Of a stretch of DNA of 64,000 nt, positions 16,914-26,753 are shown piece after piece. Every line of letters begins with the position of its first letter. Within the stretch, counting starts at the first letter, position 1. The notes under the pieces were generated by a model, which had not been told where the DNA came from, made no database searches, and was given only the letters and a program-made list of their open reading frames with translations. The stretch is taken from positions 32,001-96,000 of the IMG/VR virus record IMGVR_UViG_3300042520_001767; one strand, written 5' to 3'. The stretch comes from a virus. A program made the translations under genes and the position numbers.

Positions 16914-19754
16914 TTAAATGTTATCAAATGAAGCACCAGTGTTCATTATCACAAATTCCAGTTGAATAAACTCTAAAGCTCGTGTTGGTTTCAAGAAAAT
17001 TTGTCCAGTCAATTGATTTTTATCTATATCTTCTGGGTCATTCGAAAGAACAACACGGAAATCTGTCAAACCTCTCTGAGCTCTAATATTATCTAAGATT
17101 GGGTTAACCAGTGCTAAGAATTGATTTCTAACCACGTTATCATTTTGTTCAAATAACAATCTGATAGAAACAGCAGAAATAAGTTTTCTAGCTTGAATTA
17201 ACAATCTTCTAACATTTATTCTATTAAGAGCTGATTCTTTAACTTGAAGAGTTTTATTACCCCAAATTTTTATACCATCAGTTGTAAATGAAGCAATTGG
17301 GTTAATTCTGTTTTCATATAAAACATCTCTTTCAGAAAGAGTAAGTTTTTTACGAGCCTGTATCGCATCAATATCACCTCTTTGAATACCAGCAACTGCA
17401 AACCAAGGGAAAGCAATATTATCTGTCAATGCTATATTTCTTACAACATCACGAGTAGGTGGTATGTAAATATAAACATTATTTTCAGTATCATTTATTT
17501 GAACCCATGGCCAATATGTACAAGAATAATTACTATCATACATTCCATCTAAACGGTCAACAACATCCTCAGCAGTTAAAGGCGCACCTGATAAATCAGT
17601 ATCTGGTGTTGTCATAATATATAACGAATCAGCTCTATCTTGCTCAACCATATCGATTGTGGCTTCAATTAAGTTTGTGTTATTTTCATTATCAATTCCA
17701 GGAGTTGCGAACACATTAACATTAACTGCTTCTGGGTTTTTAAACGTCCAAATAGCCTCTAAATAAGCGTAATAATCAGAATTTATACCTCTATCTCCGT
17801 TAGAAAGAGTTCTGTCAGTAAAAGCCCCACTAGTTAAACCTTTAGAACCTAAATTCCCATTTATTAAATAGTTATCTAAATTACTTCTTCTAGTTCTATA
17901 AATATCCCACCCATCAAAACCACCATAAGGTGCAAATGTAAATTTACGAGAATATACTTTTTCGTAATCAGTATTCATAACACCATTTTCAGTTCTAAAT
18001 TCAGCATTACCAGTATTAAATAAATATACTGGAGAATAAGTACCACCACTAACATTTGTAGGTACCGTAGCGTTATCAATAGTAGCACCAGTAGCGTCAA
18101 TATCCATATGGAAACCTTCAGTTAATCCAGTCCACATATTTGGTGTTGTTGTTTGTGGCACACCTTTATAATCGAAAAAGTCAGAATCAATACCCATAGT
18201 CTCAGATAAACCTAAATAGAATTTACGTTTATTTTCAAATGCGTTATAATCTGTTTTAAATGTTAATTTAGGTGTTTTAACACTACTATTACCACTACCT
18301 TTTTGATAATCTCTAACAGGGAAACCAATAAACCCAGCTGGGAATGCTTCAGAAGTATCAGAAGTATCATCCATCTCAATCAAAACATATTTAGATTTAG
18401 AAGGATAAACACCATCTAGCGTACCAATTCTTCTAGCTATATAATTATTAGAATTTGGGTCCATAGAACATCTAGAATATGATTCTAAAACATTTGGTTG
18501 AGCATCAGTATCGTAATAAGACCTGATTACCACATCAAATTCTTTAGTATCTAATTTAATATTTCTAATAGACATTTTAAATTGCTCATTAGCAGCATTA
18601 CCATCTGAAATAGTCCAGAATCTAAATAATCTTAATACTTTAGTACCACGTAATTCTGATACAACATAAGGTGTAACAGCTGGTTGGTATTCATTAAGAT
18701 AATCAGAAAATTCATTTGCATAATTAACAACTGTCTGTTTTATACCTCTAACTTTACCAGTAGAAATAAAATCTTCAAACATGTTATTAAAAAATTCTTC
18801 AGCGAATAATACTGTATTACCATCAGCAACTGTTCTACCTAAAACTCTTGGTAAATAATTTTTCTTAGTTTTATCTAAAGACATTTGATAATTAAAATTA
18901 CCTTGTGTTGCAGACGCACCTGTTAACCCGAAAACACCTAATGCATCTACTTCAGAACCTATAAGACTTGAATCAAAACCAACACCATTAGTACTAGAAA
19001 CTTCAAAAGCTGGAAATTGTGTCTCTAAGTCAATACCACCTCTAGAACGTAACAAAGCAACAAGTGTATTCTCAACATCAGAGAAACCATTACCTGAATA
19101 ATTTGTAGTTACACCGCTAGTTGTACCAGTAATATAAGCACCGCTAGTACCTTTTGAGGTAACATATAATGTAGTAGATACACCATTAAATACTGTACCA
19201 TTTTTAACATATGTAACAGGTATTTCTACAGTTCCACTCACAGCAATATTTGAAATTGTTGATAAATTACCATCTAACGAACCATTATCAATAAGTTCTT
19301 GAATAAGTGGGTCAGCACTTACTAATGTAACAACAGTGTTTGCTGATGTAGCTGTATAACTAACCAAAACTGGATAACTAGTTCCAGATGTAGTTACAAC
19401 TGTTGTTTCATCTAAAGCCGAATCTAAAGTTATACCCCATGCTTTACCAGCATCATAACCAGATAAACCTAAAACTCTTGTAACGAATAATTGATTAGAT
19501 TGTGATAAATATGATTTTGCGATATAAGGTAGTTCATATTTTGGTGCTCCAGTGTCTTTAATTTTAGTAGCATTTTGACCACCAAAAAAAGATTGGAATT
19601 CTCCATAGTTACTAACAAATATAGGTTGAAATGCTGGACCAATTGTTGTTTCCCCAACTAAACCTAATGTTGTCACACCTACTTGACGAGTTATAAATGA
19701 TAAGTCTTTTTCGGATGTATACACACCAGGACTTACGAATACTTTTGTTGCCAT
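16914..19754 (-). CDS. Tail sheath protein (T4 gp18-like)
   Basis: SPGVYTSEKDLS, GLVGETTIGP, YWPWVQ, PWFAVAG, RINPI, WGNKT, RINVRRL, LFEQND, KPTRALEFIQLEF: canonical sheath motifs. Confidence 0.93.
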   Translation of the reverse strand: MATKVFVSPGVYTSEKDLSFITRQVGVTTLGLVGETTIGPAFQPIFVSNYGEFQSFFGGQNATKIKDTGAPKYELPYIAKSYLSQSNQLFVTRVLGLSGYDAGKAWGITLDSALDETTVVTTSGTSYPVLVSYTATSANTVVTLVSADPLIQELIDNGSLDGNLSTISNIAVSGTVEIPVTYVKNGTVFNGVSTTLYVTSKGTSGAYITGTTSGVTTNYSGNGFSDVENTLVALLRSRGGIDLETQFPAFEVSSTNGVGFDSSLIGSEVDALGVFGLTGASATQGNFNYQMSLDKTKKNYLPRVLGRTVADGNTVLFAEEFFNNMFEDFISTGKVRGIKQTVVNYANEFSDYLNEYQPAVTPYVVSELRGTKVLRLFRFWTISDGNAANEQFKMSIRNIKLDTKEFDVVIRSYYDTDAQPNVLESYSRCSMDPNSNNYIARRIGTLDGVYPSKSKYVLIEMDDTSDTSEAFPAGFIGFPVRDYQKGSGNSSVKTPKLTFKTDYNAFENKRKFYLGLSETMGIDSDFFDYKGVPQTTTPNMWTGLTEGFHMDIDATGATIDNATVPTNVSGGTYSPVYLFNTGNAEFRTENGVMNTDYEKVYSRKFTFAPYGGFDGWDIYRTRRSNLDNYLINGNLGSKGLTSGAFTDRTLSNGDRGINSDYYAYLEAIWTFKNPEAVNVNVFATPGIDNENNTNLIEATIDMVEQDRADSLYIMTTPDTDLSGAPLTAEDVVDRLDGMYDSNYSCTYWPWVQINDTENNVYIYIPPTRDVVRNIALTDNIAFPWFAVAGIQRGDIDAIQARKKLTLSERDVLYENRINPIASFTTDGIKIWGNKTLQVKESALNRINVRRLLIQARKLISAVSIRLLFEQNDNVVRNQFLALVNPILDNIRAQRGLTDFRVVLSNDPEDIDKNQLTGQIFLKPTRALEFIQLEFVIMNTGASFDNI

Positions 19755-19918
19755 GTTTTGTTTGTTTTTTATTTTTGTTATTTACTTTATAGTTTTCTTT
19801 ATTATAAATATTAAGTTTTTCTCAAAAGTAATGGTAAAAAAAAAGTTAAATTTCTTTTAGTATGAATTTTATCATACTTTTTTCATACTTATTAACTATT
19901 TATTAAAATAAGTACGAA

Positions 19919-20080
19919 ATGACTATGGTAAAAAGGGATAAAAATTTAAAGATTACATCAACAACACATGAAATGTTGAAAAAATATTGTGAGGATAATG
20001 GTTTGAAAATGTTTCAATACGTTGAGAAGTTAATAAAAGAAAAATGCACACCTAAGAAAGATTTGTACGGTGATGAATAA
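19919..20080 (+). CDS. Small ribbon-helix-helix-like DNA-binding protein (53 aa)
   Basis: Below the ORF-track cut-off. MTMVKRDKNLKITSTTHEMLKKYCEDNGLKMFQYVEKLIKEKCTPKKDLYGDE* has a beta-strand + two-helix pattern; divergent from the sheath gene. Confidence 0.65.
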   Translation: MTMVKRDKNLKITSTTHEMLKKYCEDNGLKMFQYVEKLIKEKCTPKKDLYGDE

Positions 20081-20086
20081 TAAAGA

Positions 20087-20578
20087 TTAAAATTTAATTT
20101 GTACTATAATCTGACCACTATATCTCCATTTTGGTTCACCTCCCCAATATTTAAAATCCGTTCTTCGGTCTAGATTACTTCTAAAACCTATCGCAACATT
20201 ATTAAATTGTTTAACAGTTTCAATTTCAAAACCATAATAAGGATATAAATATTTACTTCTTTTAATATAACCTAAATTTAAACCACCAGAAAAAGTTGTA
20301 GTCGTAAATATATTATCAGGTTCAATTATAAAAGCAAAAGTACCGTTTAAACGAGTCCAACCACCATTTAGAACTGGAAAGTTATGTAAACCAGCTTTAA
20401 TTAATTTTCCATAACTAACTAGACCTATTTCAAAACCGCTATATAACCCTTTTTCTTTATAAGATGAATACGGGTCATTAACAATGTTTATAATAAAATA
20501 TTCTTCATCAACCAAATGTATTTGACCAATGATATTATTTGAAAATAAAAAGATTAATATTAGTATTAACTTTTTCAT
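20087..20578 (-). CDS. Secreted outer-membrane beta-barrel-like protein
   Basis: Signal peptide MKKLILILIFLFSNNIIG followed by Q; Gly/aromatic amphipathic strands; C-terminal YSGQIIVQIKF beta-signal ending in Phe. Confidence 0.6.
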   Translation of the reverse strand: MKKLILILIFLFSNNIIGQIHLVDEEYFIINIVNDPYSSYKEKGLYSGFEIGLVSYGKLIKAGLHNFPVLNGGWTRLNGTFAFIIEPDNIFTTTTFSGGLNLGYIKRSKYLYPYYGFEIETVKQFNNVAIGFRSNLDRRTDFKYWGGEPKWRYSGQIIVQIKF

Positions 20579-20880
20579 TTATCATTAGAACTATTTTTAC
20601 CAATATAATATCCAAGTAAAATACTAAAAACAAAACATATTAAACTAACTAAACGGCTCATTATCGCATTATCAACATTGCTATCGTTAAATATTAATAA
20701 ATTACATACAACCCCAGAAATTATTAATATAAAACATAAAGATAGTAATTTACCTAAAAGTTCATTTTCGGTATTATTTTTTCTCAAAACATAACTATCC
20801 AAAAAGTAAAGTACCGAAGTTATGAATGAAAAACCAACTATTAACTCAATTATTTTTTCCATATTTACTAAATTTTCCAT
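20575..20880 (-). CDS. Small 3-TM membrane protein (holin-like topology)
   Basis: Three hydrophobic stretches; start may be ATG 20862. Confidence 0.5.
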   Translation of the reverse strand: MENLVNMEKIIELIVGFSFITSVLYFLDSYVLRKNNTENELLGKLLSLCFILIISGVVCNLLIFNDSNVDNAIMSRLVSLICFVFSILLGYYIGKNSSNDK

Positions 20881-21511
20881 TTATTAAGTCAAACGCATTC
20901 TTAGCGTCTTTAGGTATTAAATATAATGAAATAGCCACAACTTCAAGTATACTACTCATTTTATCGTAATTTGTATTATAATCATCATTAGTACTAATAC
21001 TCTCTAATCTTTCAAGAAAAGCATCTACAATATCTTTTCTGAAATCTTCATAAGCGTCAATAGCAAATTTTGCATCAGATTCACTTATACCCCATGATAC
21101 AAAATCTTTAAAAGCTTGGTCGTTATATTCTTTTACTATGTTAGTCAAACAAGTAATAACCTTAAATTTAAGACTTTGACCACTACAACTATCAATATTT
21201 GAATCATTTAATAATTCATTAAATTTTTTATTAACAGTGTCTATTTTTAAATCAATTAAATGATGTAACACTTTTGTTTTCATTACATCAGGTTTACCTT
21301 TTGTTGTGAATTCAATCCTCTTAATAATAGTTCTTACATTTTCAGTTGTAAGAAATACATCGTGAGAGGTTAAATCAATTATTTTTTTAACTCGTCTCCA
21401 ATCTTTAATTTTATCATTTATTGTGTCTTTAAATATATACAATATTATCACAGCAAATGTTAAAAAAGGTGTTAATTTTTGTGTTAATGTTGTTATATCT
21501 ATTACTTCCAT
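20846..21511 (-). CDS. Membrane-anchored protein (single N-terminal TM)
   Basis: LTPFLTFAVIILYIF followed by a helical soluble domain; ATATTTAT at 21546-21553. Confidence 0.55.
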   Translation of the reverse strand: MEVIDITTLTQKLTPFLTFAVIILYIFKDTINDKIKDWRRVKKIIDLTSHDVFLTTENVRTIIKRIEFTTKGKPDVMKTKVLHHLIDLKIDTVNKKFNELLNDSNIDSCSGQSLKFKVITCLTNIVKEYNDQAFKDFVSWGISESDAKFAIDAYEDFRKDIVDAFLERLESISTNDDYNTNYDKMSSILEVVAISLYLIPKDAKNAFDLINGKFSKYGKNN

Positions 21512-21586
21512 TTATATTAAATTATTTCTTTTATTATTTACTTATATAAATATCTTATTATATTAATAAGTTATATAAAAAAACAA

Positions 21587-21620
21587 AAAAAAAACCATAA
21601 TAAGTTATTATGGTTTTTTT
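21587..21620. terminator. Terminator hairpin
   Basis: A-run CCATAAT-aagtt-ATTATGG T-run. Confidence 0.8.
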
Positions 21621-21637
21621 TCTTGTTAATATTTAAT

Positions 21638-24505
21638 TTAAAATAATAGAGTTCTCCACATCTCTTGGCCAGAATGTCTCATTATATACAGATAATCTAA
21701 ACCATCAGCTGTAGTAACTATTTCCATTCTATTACCAATTAAAGGTGTACCATGAGCATACGGTGGCATCCCAACTACATCAACTTGAAATGAATTTATA
21801 TTCAAAGCAAGTGTTCTCATGGTAGCAACCGCATCTCCACGATGAATAATAATATTATCACCACCATCATAAACATACATAGAACCTGTTGTAAATATTT
21901 CAGTGTGTGGTTGAGTATTTATTGCCAAATCCCATATATTTGTTGTGATATTATATCTATCAAATAAGTTAGAACCACCACCGCGAGGTGAAAACATATA
22001 TCTACCTTTATTTACTATATCAGTACCGTCATAAACCCACAAAAGACTAGTACCTAAACCTCTAGGTGGAATTTCATAAATAACATATGTTGATGTTGTA
22101 TCTGGTGCTACTGTGAAAACACCAACCATAGTTAACGCATTAACAGTATTACTTAATACAGATAATTCTTGACCAACACCAGCACCTGATGTTATTCTAA
22201 CACGTTTACCAGCAAATTTATTAATATCCCAAGTTTTTGTTGAATCAGTTAAAACAGCATTTGTTGTATTAGTCACTGTAGTTAATAAACCATAAGTACC
22301 CATGATTTTATAATTTGTTGATGTATCTGGCGTAAATGTCTGTGTTAAGTAGGTAAGCGTATTATTTGTATTACTAACAATTGCAACTTCTTGACCAACT
22401 CCTGTCCCAGAATTTATCCTAAACCTACCACCAGCAAACTGGTTATTTCTCCAGTTTTTAGTTGTATCAACTAGAGTAGTTAACGAACCACTAGTTGCAT
22501 ACCCATTTGTTTTTTGATTATTAATTAAATTTAATTGAGCTGAACCAAAGGCTTCTGGTTGTGTTATTGAATATCTAGATGTACCATTTACTGCGGCAGT
22601 ACCTAAAGTAGCTACAGTAAGTGTGTTTAGTGTATTTGAAATAATTCTTCTAGATTGAGTTGTAGGGGCCGTACCAGCAGTATTTAATACAACAATTTTA
22701 CCAACATGCTCATTAACATTCCAAGCTTGAGTTGTATCAACAATAAGTGTAGTTGATTGTGCAAATGCACCTACAGCACTAGCTGTTGCTGTTAACACAA
22801 CATCAAAAGTTGTTAATGAATCAATAGCTAAAATAGGGTACGAAGTATTCCATGCCGCTTCTGTACAACCACTTATGGTTATCACATCACCAACAACTAA
22901 ATTAGTATTTTGTACTGTTGTAATTCTTCCTACAGTACCTACAGATAAAATATTAACAGTCAAACCATTATTACCACCACCAGAAATAATAGTAGTTGCT
23001 TTACCAGCACCAGTTGTATAAGTTAACCCAGCCGCATATAATGAAACAGATGTCACAACACCAGAACCACTAACAGCGGTTACCCTTCCTTTACCAATAG
23101 AACCACCAGTTGTAATATTAAATAAGTCACCCACAGCATAACCTGTCCCACCAGCTGTTGGTGTTGCTGCCAATGATGTTATCCCACCAGTATTTCTTAC
23201 ACCTGTAACCAATGCATATGCGTCTTGACCAAAATAACTAACACTAACGTTAATTGTTTGCCCAAAGTCAACGTTAGGTCCTTGGTACCAGTAATCATAA
23301 GGAACAGAATATCTATACATTGCAGCCGATGCATTTCCTACTAAATAAATTTCAGCGGTATTTGGCCAAATTTCGAATCTCGATGTTGAATCTGGTTGAA
23401 TATCAAAATTTCTAGCTATTTCTAGTGTATTAGTTGTATTACCAACAATACGATATCTACCACCAGCACCTGGACCAGATGTAATTCTTACCATTTCATT
23501 CTCTAAATCACCTACAGGGTAAGTAGCACCAGAAAAATAAATTGTTCTAGTTGATGCCGAAGTTACTGTTTGAGCTGAATAATAAATCCCACCATGTTGA
23601 CCAGTTCTCTCAATAGTAAAATCTGTACCAAAAGCACTTGGAACTAAACCACCTAATGCTGTTTTTGTATTCCATGTATCTGAAAGAATATCATAAAATT
23701 GCATTGACGACCATGGTGCTGTAGCTAGTGATGAAAATAAGAAAATTCCTCCAGATTCAATTGTAAATGAAGAAGAATCATTTGGAATAATTGCAAGTGT
23801 TCTATCTAAAGAAACAATTGTTGATTCAATATAATACGTTGTTTGTGAACCAGCCACTACACTTGGTGCGGCATATGGTGCTACAATTGAGAATGGTGTA
23901 TTATTCCAAACTTCTAATTGATTATAATTAATATCGTAAAAATACAATGTATTAGCGTCATTATAAAGTACTTTTCTAATTTGAGATTGACCAGTGTTAT
24001 AAACCAAACGAACACTATAACCAATCCATTGATTAATTTCCCATTTTTTAAGTGAATCTGTAATTAAGTTAACTGTTGCTGTTGTAGCAACACCATTATC
24101 ACCTATGCTATTAGCTGTTGACCCAGTAATATATGCTTCTTGACCAGCCCCTAAACCTGATGTGATTCTAATCTTATAACCATTAAAAATATTACCTTGT
24201 AAACTAGGTATTTCTAAGGTTGTATTTGTCCCTCCCAAAATATTACCAGAATACCCATTGAAATTAGCAAATCTCATTGAGGATGTTACTGATGGAGTGA
24301 CATTAGGTGTTTGTAGTTGTTGCCATGAATCCATTTTTGTATCATATCTCCAAAAAGTTGTTGATAAATAATACATATATCTAGAATTTTCTGATTCTTC
24401 ACTAACACATAAAGTACTTAATGCTTGTGTTGCTACTGGGGCGAACCTTAACCATTCCCATACTGGAAGGTCTACTTGTGGGACTAAGTTATTTGTAACT
24501 GCCAT
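21638..24505 (-). CDS. 955-aa virion/tail-associated protein with beta-propeller-like blades and ~6 repeated modules
   Basis: FWRYDTKMDSWQQL, QFYDILSDTWNT and FDRYNITTNIWD blades; repeated D(T/S)TKxWxxNxFxGxxVRIxSGxGxGQxxxIxSNTxNxL-like units. Confidence 0.55.
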   Translation of the reverse strand: MAVTNNLVPQVDLPVWEWLRFAPVATQALSTLCVSEESENSRYMYYLSTTFWRYDTKMDSWQQLQTPNVTPSVTSSMRFANFNGYSGNILGGTNTTLEIPSLQGNIFNGYKIRITSGLGAGQEAYITGSTANSIGDNGVATTATVNLITDSLKKWEINQWIGYSVRLVYNTGQSQIRKVLYNDANTLYFYDINYNQLEVWNNTPFSIVAPYAAPSVVAGSQTTYYIESTIVSLDRTLAIIPNDSSSFTIESGGIFLFSSLATAPWSSMQFYDILSDTWNTKTALGGLVPSAFGTDFTIERTGQHGGIYYSAQTVTSASTRTIYFSGATYPVGDLENEMVRITSGPGAGGRYRIVGNTTNTLEIARNFDIQPDSTSRFEIWPNTAEIYLVGNASAAMYRYSVPYDYWYQGPNVDFGQTINVSVSYFGQDAYALVTGVRNTGGITSLAATPTAGGTGYAVGDLFNITTGGSIGKGRVTAVSGSGVVTSVSLYAAGLTYTTGAGKATTIISGGGNNGLTVNILSVGTVGRITTVQNTNLVVGDVITISGCTEAAWNTSYPILAIDSLTTFDVVLTATASAVGAFAQSTTLIVDTTQAWNVNEHVGKIVVLNTAGTAPTTQSRRIISNTLNTLTVATLGTAAVNGTSRYSITQPEAFGSAQLNLINNQKTNGYATSGSLTTLVDTTKNWRNNQFAGGRFRINSGTGVGQEVAIVSNTNNTLTYLTQTFTPDTSTNYKIMGTYGLLTTVTNTTNAVLTDSTKTWDINKFAGKRVRITSGAGVGQELSVLSNTVNALTMVGVFTVAPDTTSTYVIYEIPPRGLGTSLLWVYDGTDIVNKGRYMFSPRGGGSNLFDRYNITTNIWDLAINTQPHTEIFTTGSMYVYDGGDNIIIHRGDAVATMRTLALNINSFQVDVVGMPPYAHGTPLIGNRMEIVTTADGLDYLYIMRHSGQEMWRTLLF

Positions 24506-24534
24506 ATTTTTTATTTTTTATTTTTTATTTTTTA

Positions 24535-24909
24535 TTATGTGAATTTTAAATTTGCTCTAATACCATTTGCATACGCTAGTCTAGCGGCATCTATAAATTG
24601 ATATCTTGGGTCAACACCACCATAACCAGCGATATTGGTTACTGTATTAACATTCGCATTTAATAATGTAGCTGTTGGTTGTACTGCCGTAACGTTTAAC
24701 GCAGTTGCTGTTGGTTGCGAAACAGCAATAGTAACGGGTACCGCATCAATCGTTACTCTTTGTCTATTCTGGGAATCTACAGTTGCAATAGAATCAAGTA
24801 ATTTTACCATTCTTCTAAGCAATAGTATAGATTCATCTGTTGCTGGGTTTACTGTTACTCCACTAGTATTTAAAATATTTAGTGAATCCGATGGTGGTAT
24901 ATACGACAT
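24535..24909 (-). CDS. Small tail-associated hypothetical protein
   Basis: Probable start ATG 24909 (MSYIPP), 17 nt downstream of ATATTTAT; contains VxQPTATxLN duplicates. Confidence 0.55.
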   Translation of the reverse strand: MSYIPPSDSLNILNTSGVTVNPATDESILLLRRMVKLLDSIATVDSQNRQRVTIDAVPVTIAVSQPTATALNVTAVQPTATLLNANVNTVTNIAGYGGVDPRYQFIDAARLAYANGIRANLKFT

Positions 24910-24956
24910 AATTTTTTGTTTAATTATAAATATAAGGTAACTATGAAATTTGTAAA

Positions 24957-26432
24957 CTAAATCACGTACCAATTGTTATTATATGATTGTAAATCTAACG
25001 ATACATTTTTCCTAGCAACTATAACTGATGTATCTCCATCAATTAATTGACCAGAGAAAGGTGATAGTGTTTCAACACCAATATTTATATTTTTTATTGT
25101 TATAAATCTTCCATTGCTAATAATTTGAGGAAGTGTAATTGTAATAGGTGAATTTGAATCAACAATTACAATTTGGTCTATATTAGATAATGTTGTGCTA
25201 CTAATAACTGTAGAAATTGGTCTAGGACTATTTGAACCACTTGAACCAGTCACAACATTACCTAATGAATCAACACCTAAATTAGCAATAGAAGTACCAC
25301 CACCTAATGCAATTATATTAAGTGTATTAGCTGTAACACCAGAAGTAAAATTAGTTCCTCCAGATACTGTACCTCCAGTAAACGAAGTAATACCAGTAAG
25401 ATTACTACCATTACCAAAAAATGTTGTTGCAGATAAAACACCATTAACATTATAATTACCATTTAATGTTTTACTATTCTCCCAAAGTGTTGTCCCACTA
25501 TTATATATTAAAATATCACCATTGGTTCTTCCAGTTACATTAACATCGTGTATCTCATGTAATTCATACCCATTTTGAATTTGATACTCTATATATCCAT
25601 TAGTTGGAGAAGTTCTAACTACCTTACCAATATAAACTAAATGATTTGGTGCGTATGGTTTAATATTTGTAATATAACCAGCATTAGTTGGGGATAAATA
25701 AATTGTTTGTCCATCAGATAAAGTATCTATTGTGAATGGATGTGTTGCAGAAGTCCTTGTATCTAAATTAGTTACTGAACCAATTGTTACTACATCACCA
25801 TGTGCGTTGTTAGCAATATCATTTTTTAATACACCAAATGTTCTAGCTGATGTCATCTCAGAGTTCGCTTGTGCTAATAGTATTGTAGGTTTATTTCCCG
25901 TTGACCCATTCATATATACTACTTGACCTCTATACATATCTGAACCACTTTGGTTACGACAATTAACCACGAATTCAGTCGCTACTGCCGATATACCAGT
26001 TAGATTAGAACCATCACCATAATAAGTTGTAGCACTTATTGTATTAGCGGTTAATCCATTTGTAAATGTTGTTGGGCCAGTCACCGTTCCACCAGTAAAA
26101 ATACCACCACCACCTATAGTTCCAGTTACAACATTACCTAATGAATCAATACCTAAATTAGCGATAGAAGTACCGACACCTAATGTACTTATATTAAGTG
26201 TACTAGCTGTTAAATTACCATTTATTGTTAAATTACCATTAATAGTGTCACCAGTTCTAGCTACTCTATCCCACCCTATAGGAAGTATAGAACCAGCTGT
26301 TGTTCCAGATGCATAAAGTATAACATCACTAGTATTTATTGCTAATTCACCTAATTGTAAATCACCAGCTGATGGTGTCTTACCAGCAATATTTGAACGT
26401 TTAAGTAAAAACGTATTCTTTCTATTTGCCAT
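24957..26432 (-). CDS. Tail fibre-like protein
   Basis: N-terminal LLKRSNIAGKTPSAGDLQLGELAINT anchor (Mtd_N-like); duplicated SATTxxGxGSNLTGI and TSIANLGxDSLGNVVTG units. Confidence 0.65.
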   Translation of the reverse strand: MANRKNTFLLKRSNIAGKTPSAGDLQLGELAINTSDVILYASGTTAGSILPIGWDRVARTGDTINGNLTINGNLTASTLNISTLGVGTSIANLGIDSLGNVVTGTIGGGGIFTGGTVTGPTTFTNGLTANTISATTYYGDGSNLTGISAVATEFVVNCRNQSGSDMYRGQVVYMNGSTGNKPTILLAQANSEMTSARTFGVLKNDIANNAHGDVVTIGSVTNLDTRTSATHPFTIDTLSDGQTIYLSPTNAGYITNIKPYAPNHLVYIGKVVRTSPTNGYIEYQIQNGYELHEIHDVNVTGRTNGDILIYNSGTTLWENSKTLNGNYNVNGVLSATTFFGNGSNLTGITSFTGGTVSGGTNFTSGVTANTLNIIALGGGTSIANLGVDSLGNVVTGSSGSNSPRPISTVISSTTLSNIDQIVIVDSNSPITITLPQIISNGRFITIKNINIGVETLSPFSGQLIDGDTSVIVARKNVSLDLQSYNNNWYVI

Positions 26433-26553
26433 GTATATAATGGGATATGTTAAAATCTCTATAAAGAGTTATAATTTTGGGTTATGTAACCTCTATAAAA
26501 TAAATATGCACAATCCGTAAATTGTGCATATTATAATTATTAAATTTTTAATG

Positions 26554-26697
26554 TTAACCTCTTAGTAAGTGTTCATTATTATGTTCTCCACGACCAAGAC
26601 GATAAAAGTGTTCTCACTCCCTTTCAATTAATCGTTCTGATTGACCAATATAAACTTTTTTATTTATTAGATTTGTAATTTTGTAAATACCTTTCAT
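26554..26697 (-). pseudogene. Truncated GIY-YIG homing endonuclease
   Basis: MKGIYKITNLINKKVYIGQSERLIERE*EHFYRLGRGEHNNEHLLRG*: GIY-x-YIG signature, in-frame TGA at 26614-26616, early TAA. Confidence 0.85.
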
Positions 26698-26753
26698 TTT
26701 TTTTTAATTTTAAAAATTAGTAAATACTTCGGTTAAATTAAATCATCGGTCTA

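Noticed and set aside
26614-26616. TGA at a Trp-like position suggesting stop-codon recoding
   Set aside because: The fragment also has an early TAA. Long genes are intact in code 11 and use TGG for Trp; TGA ends 26754..28094 and TAG ends 34800..35882.
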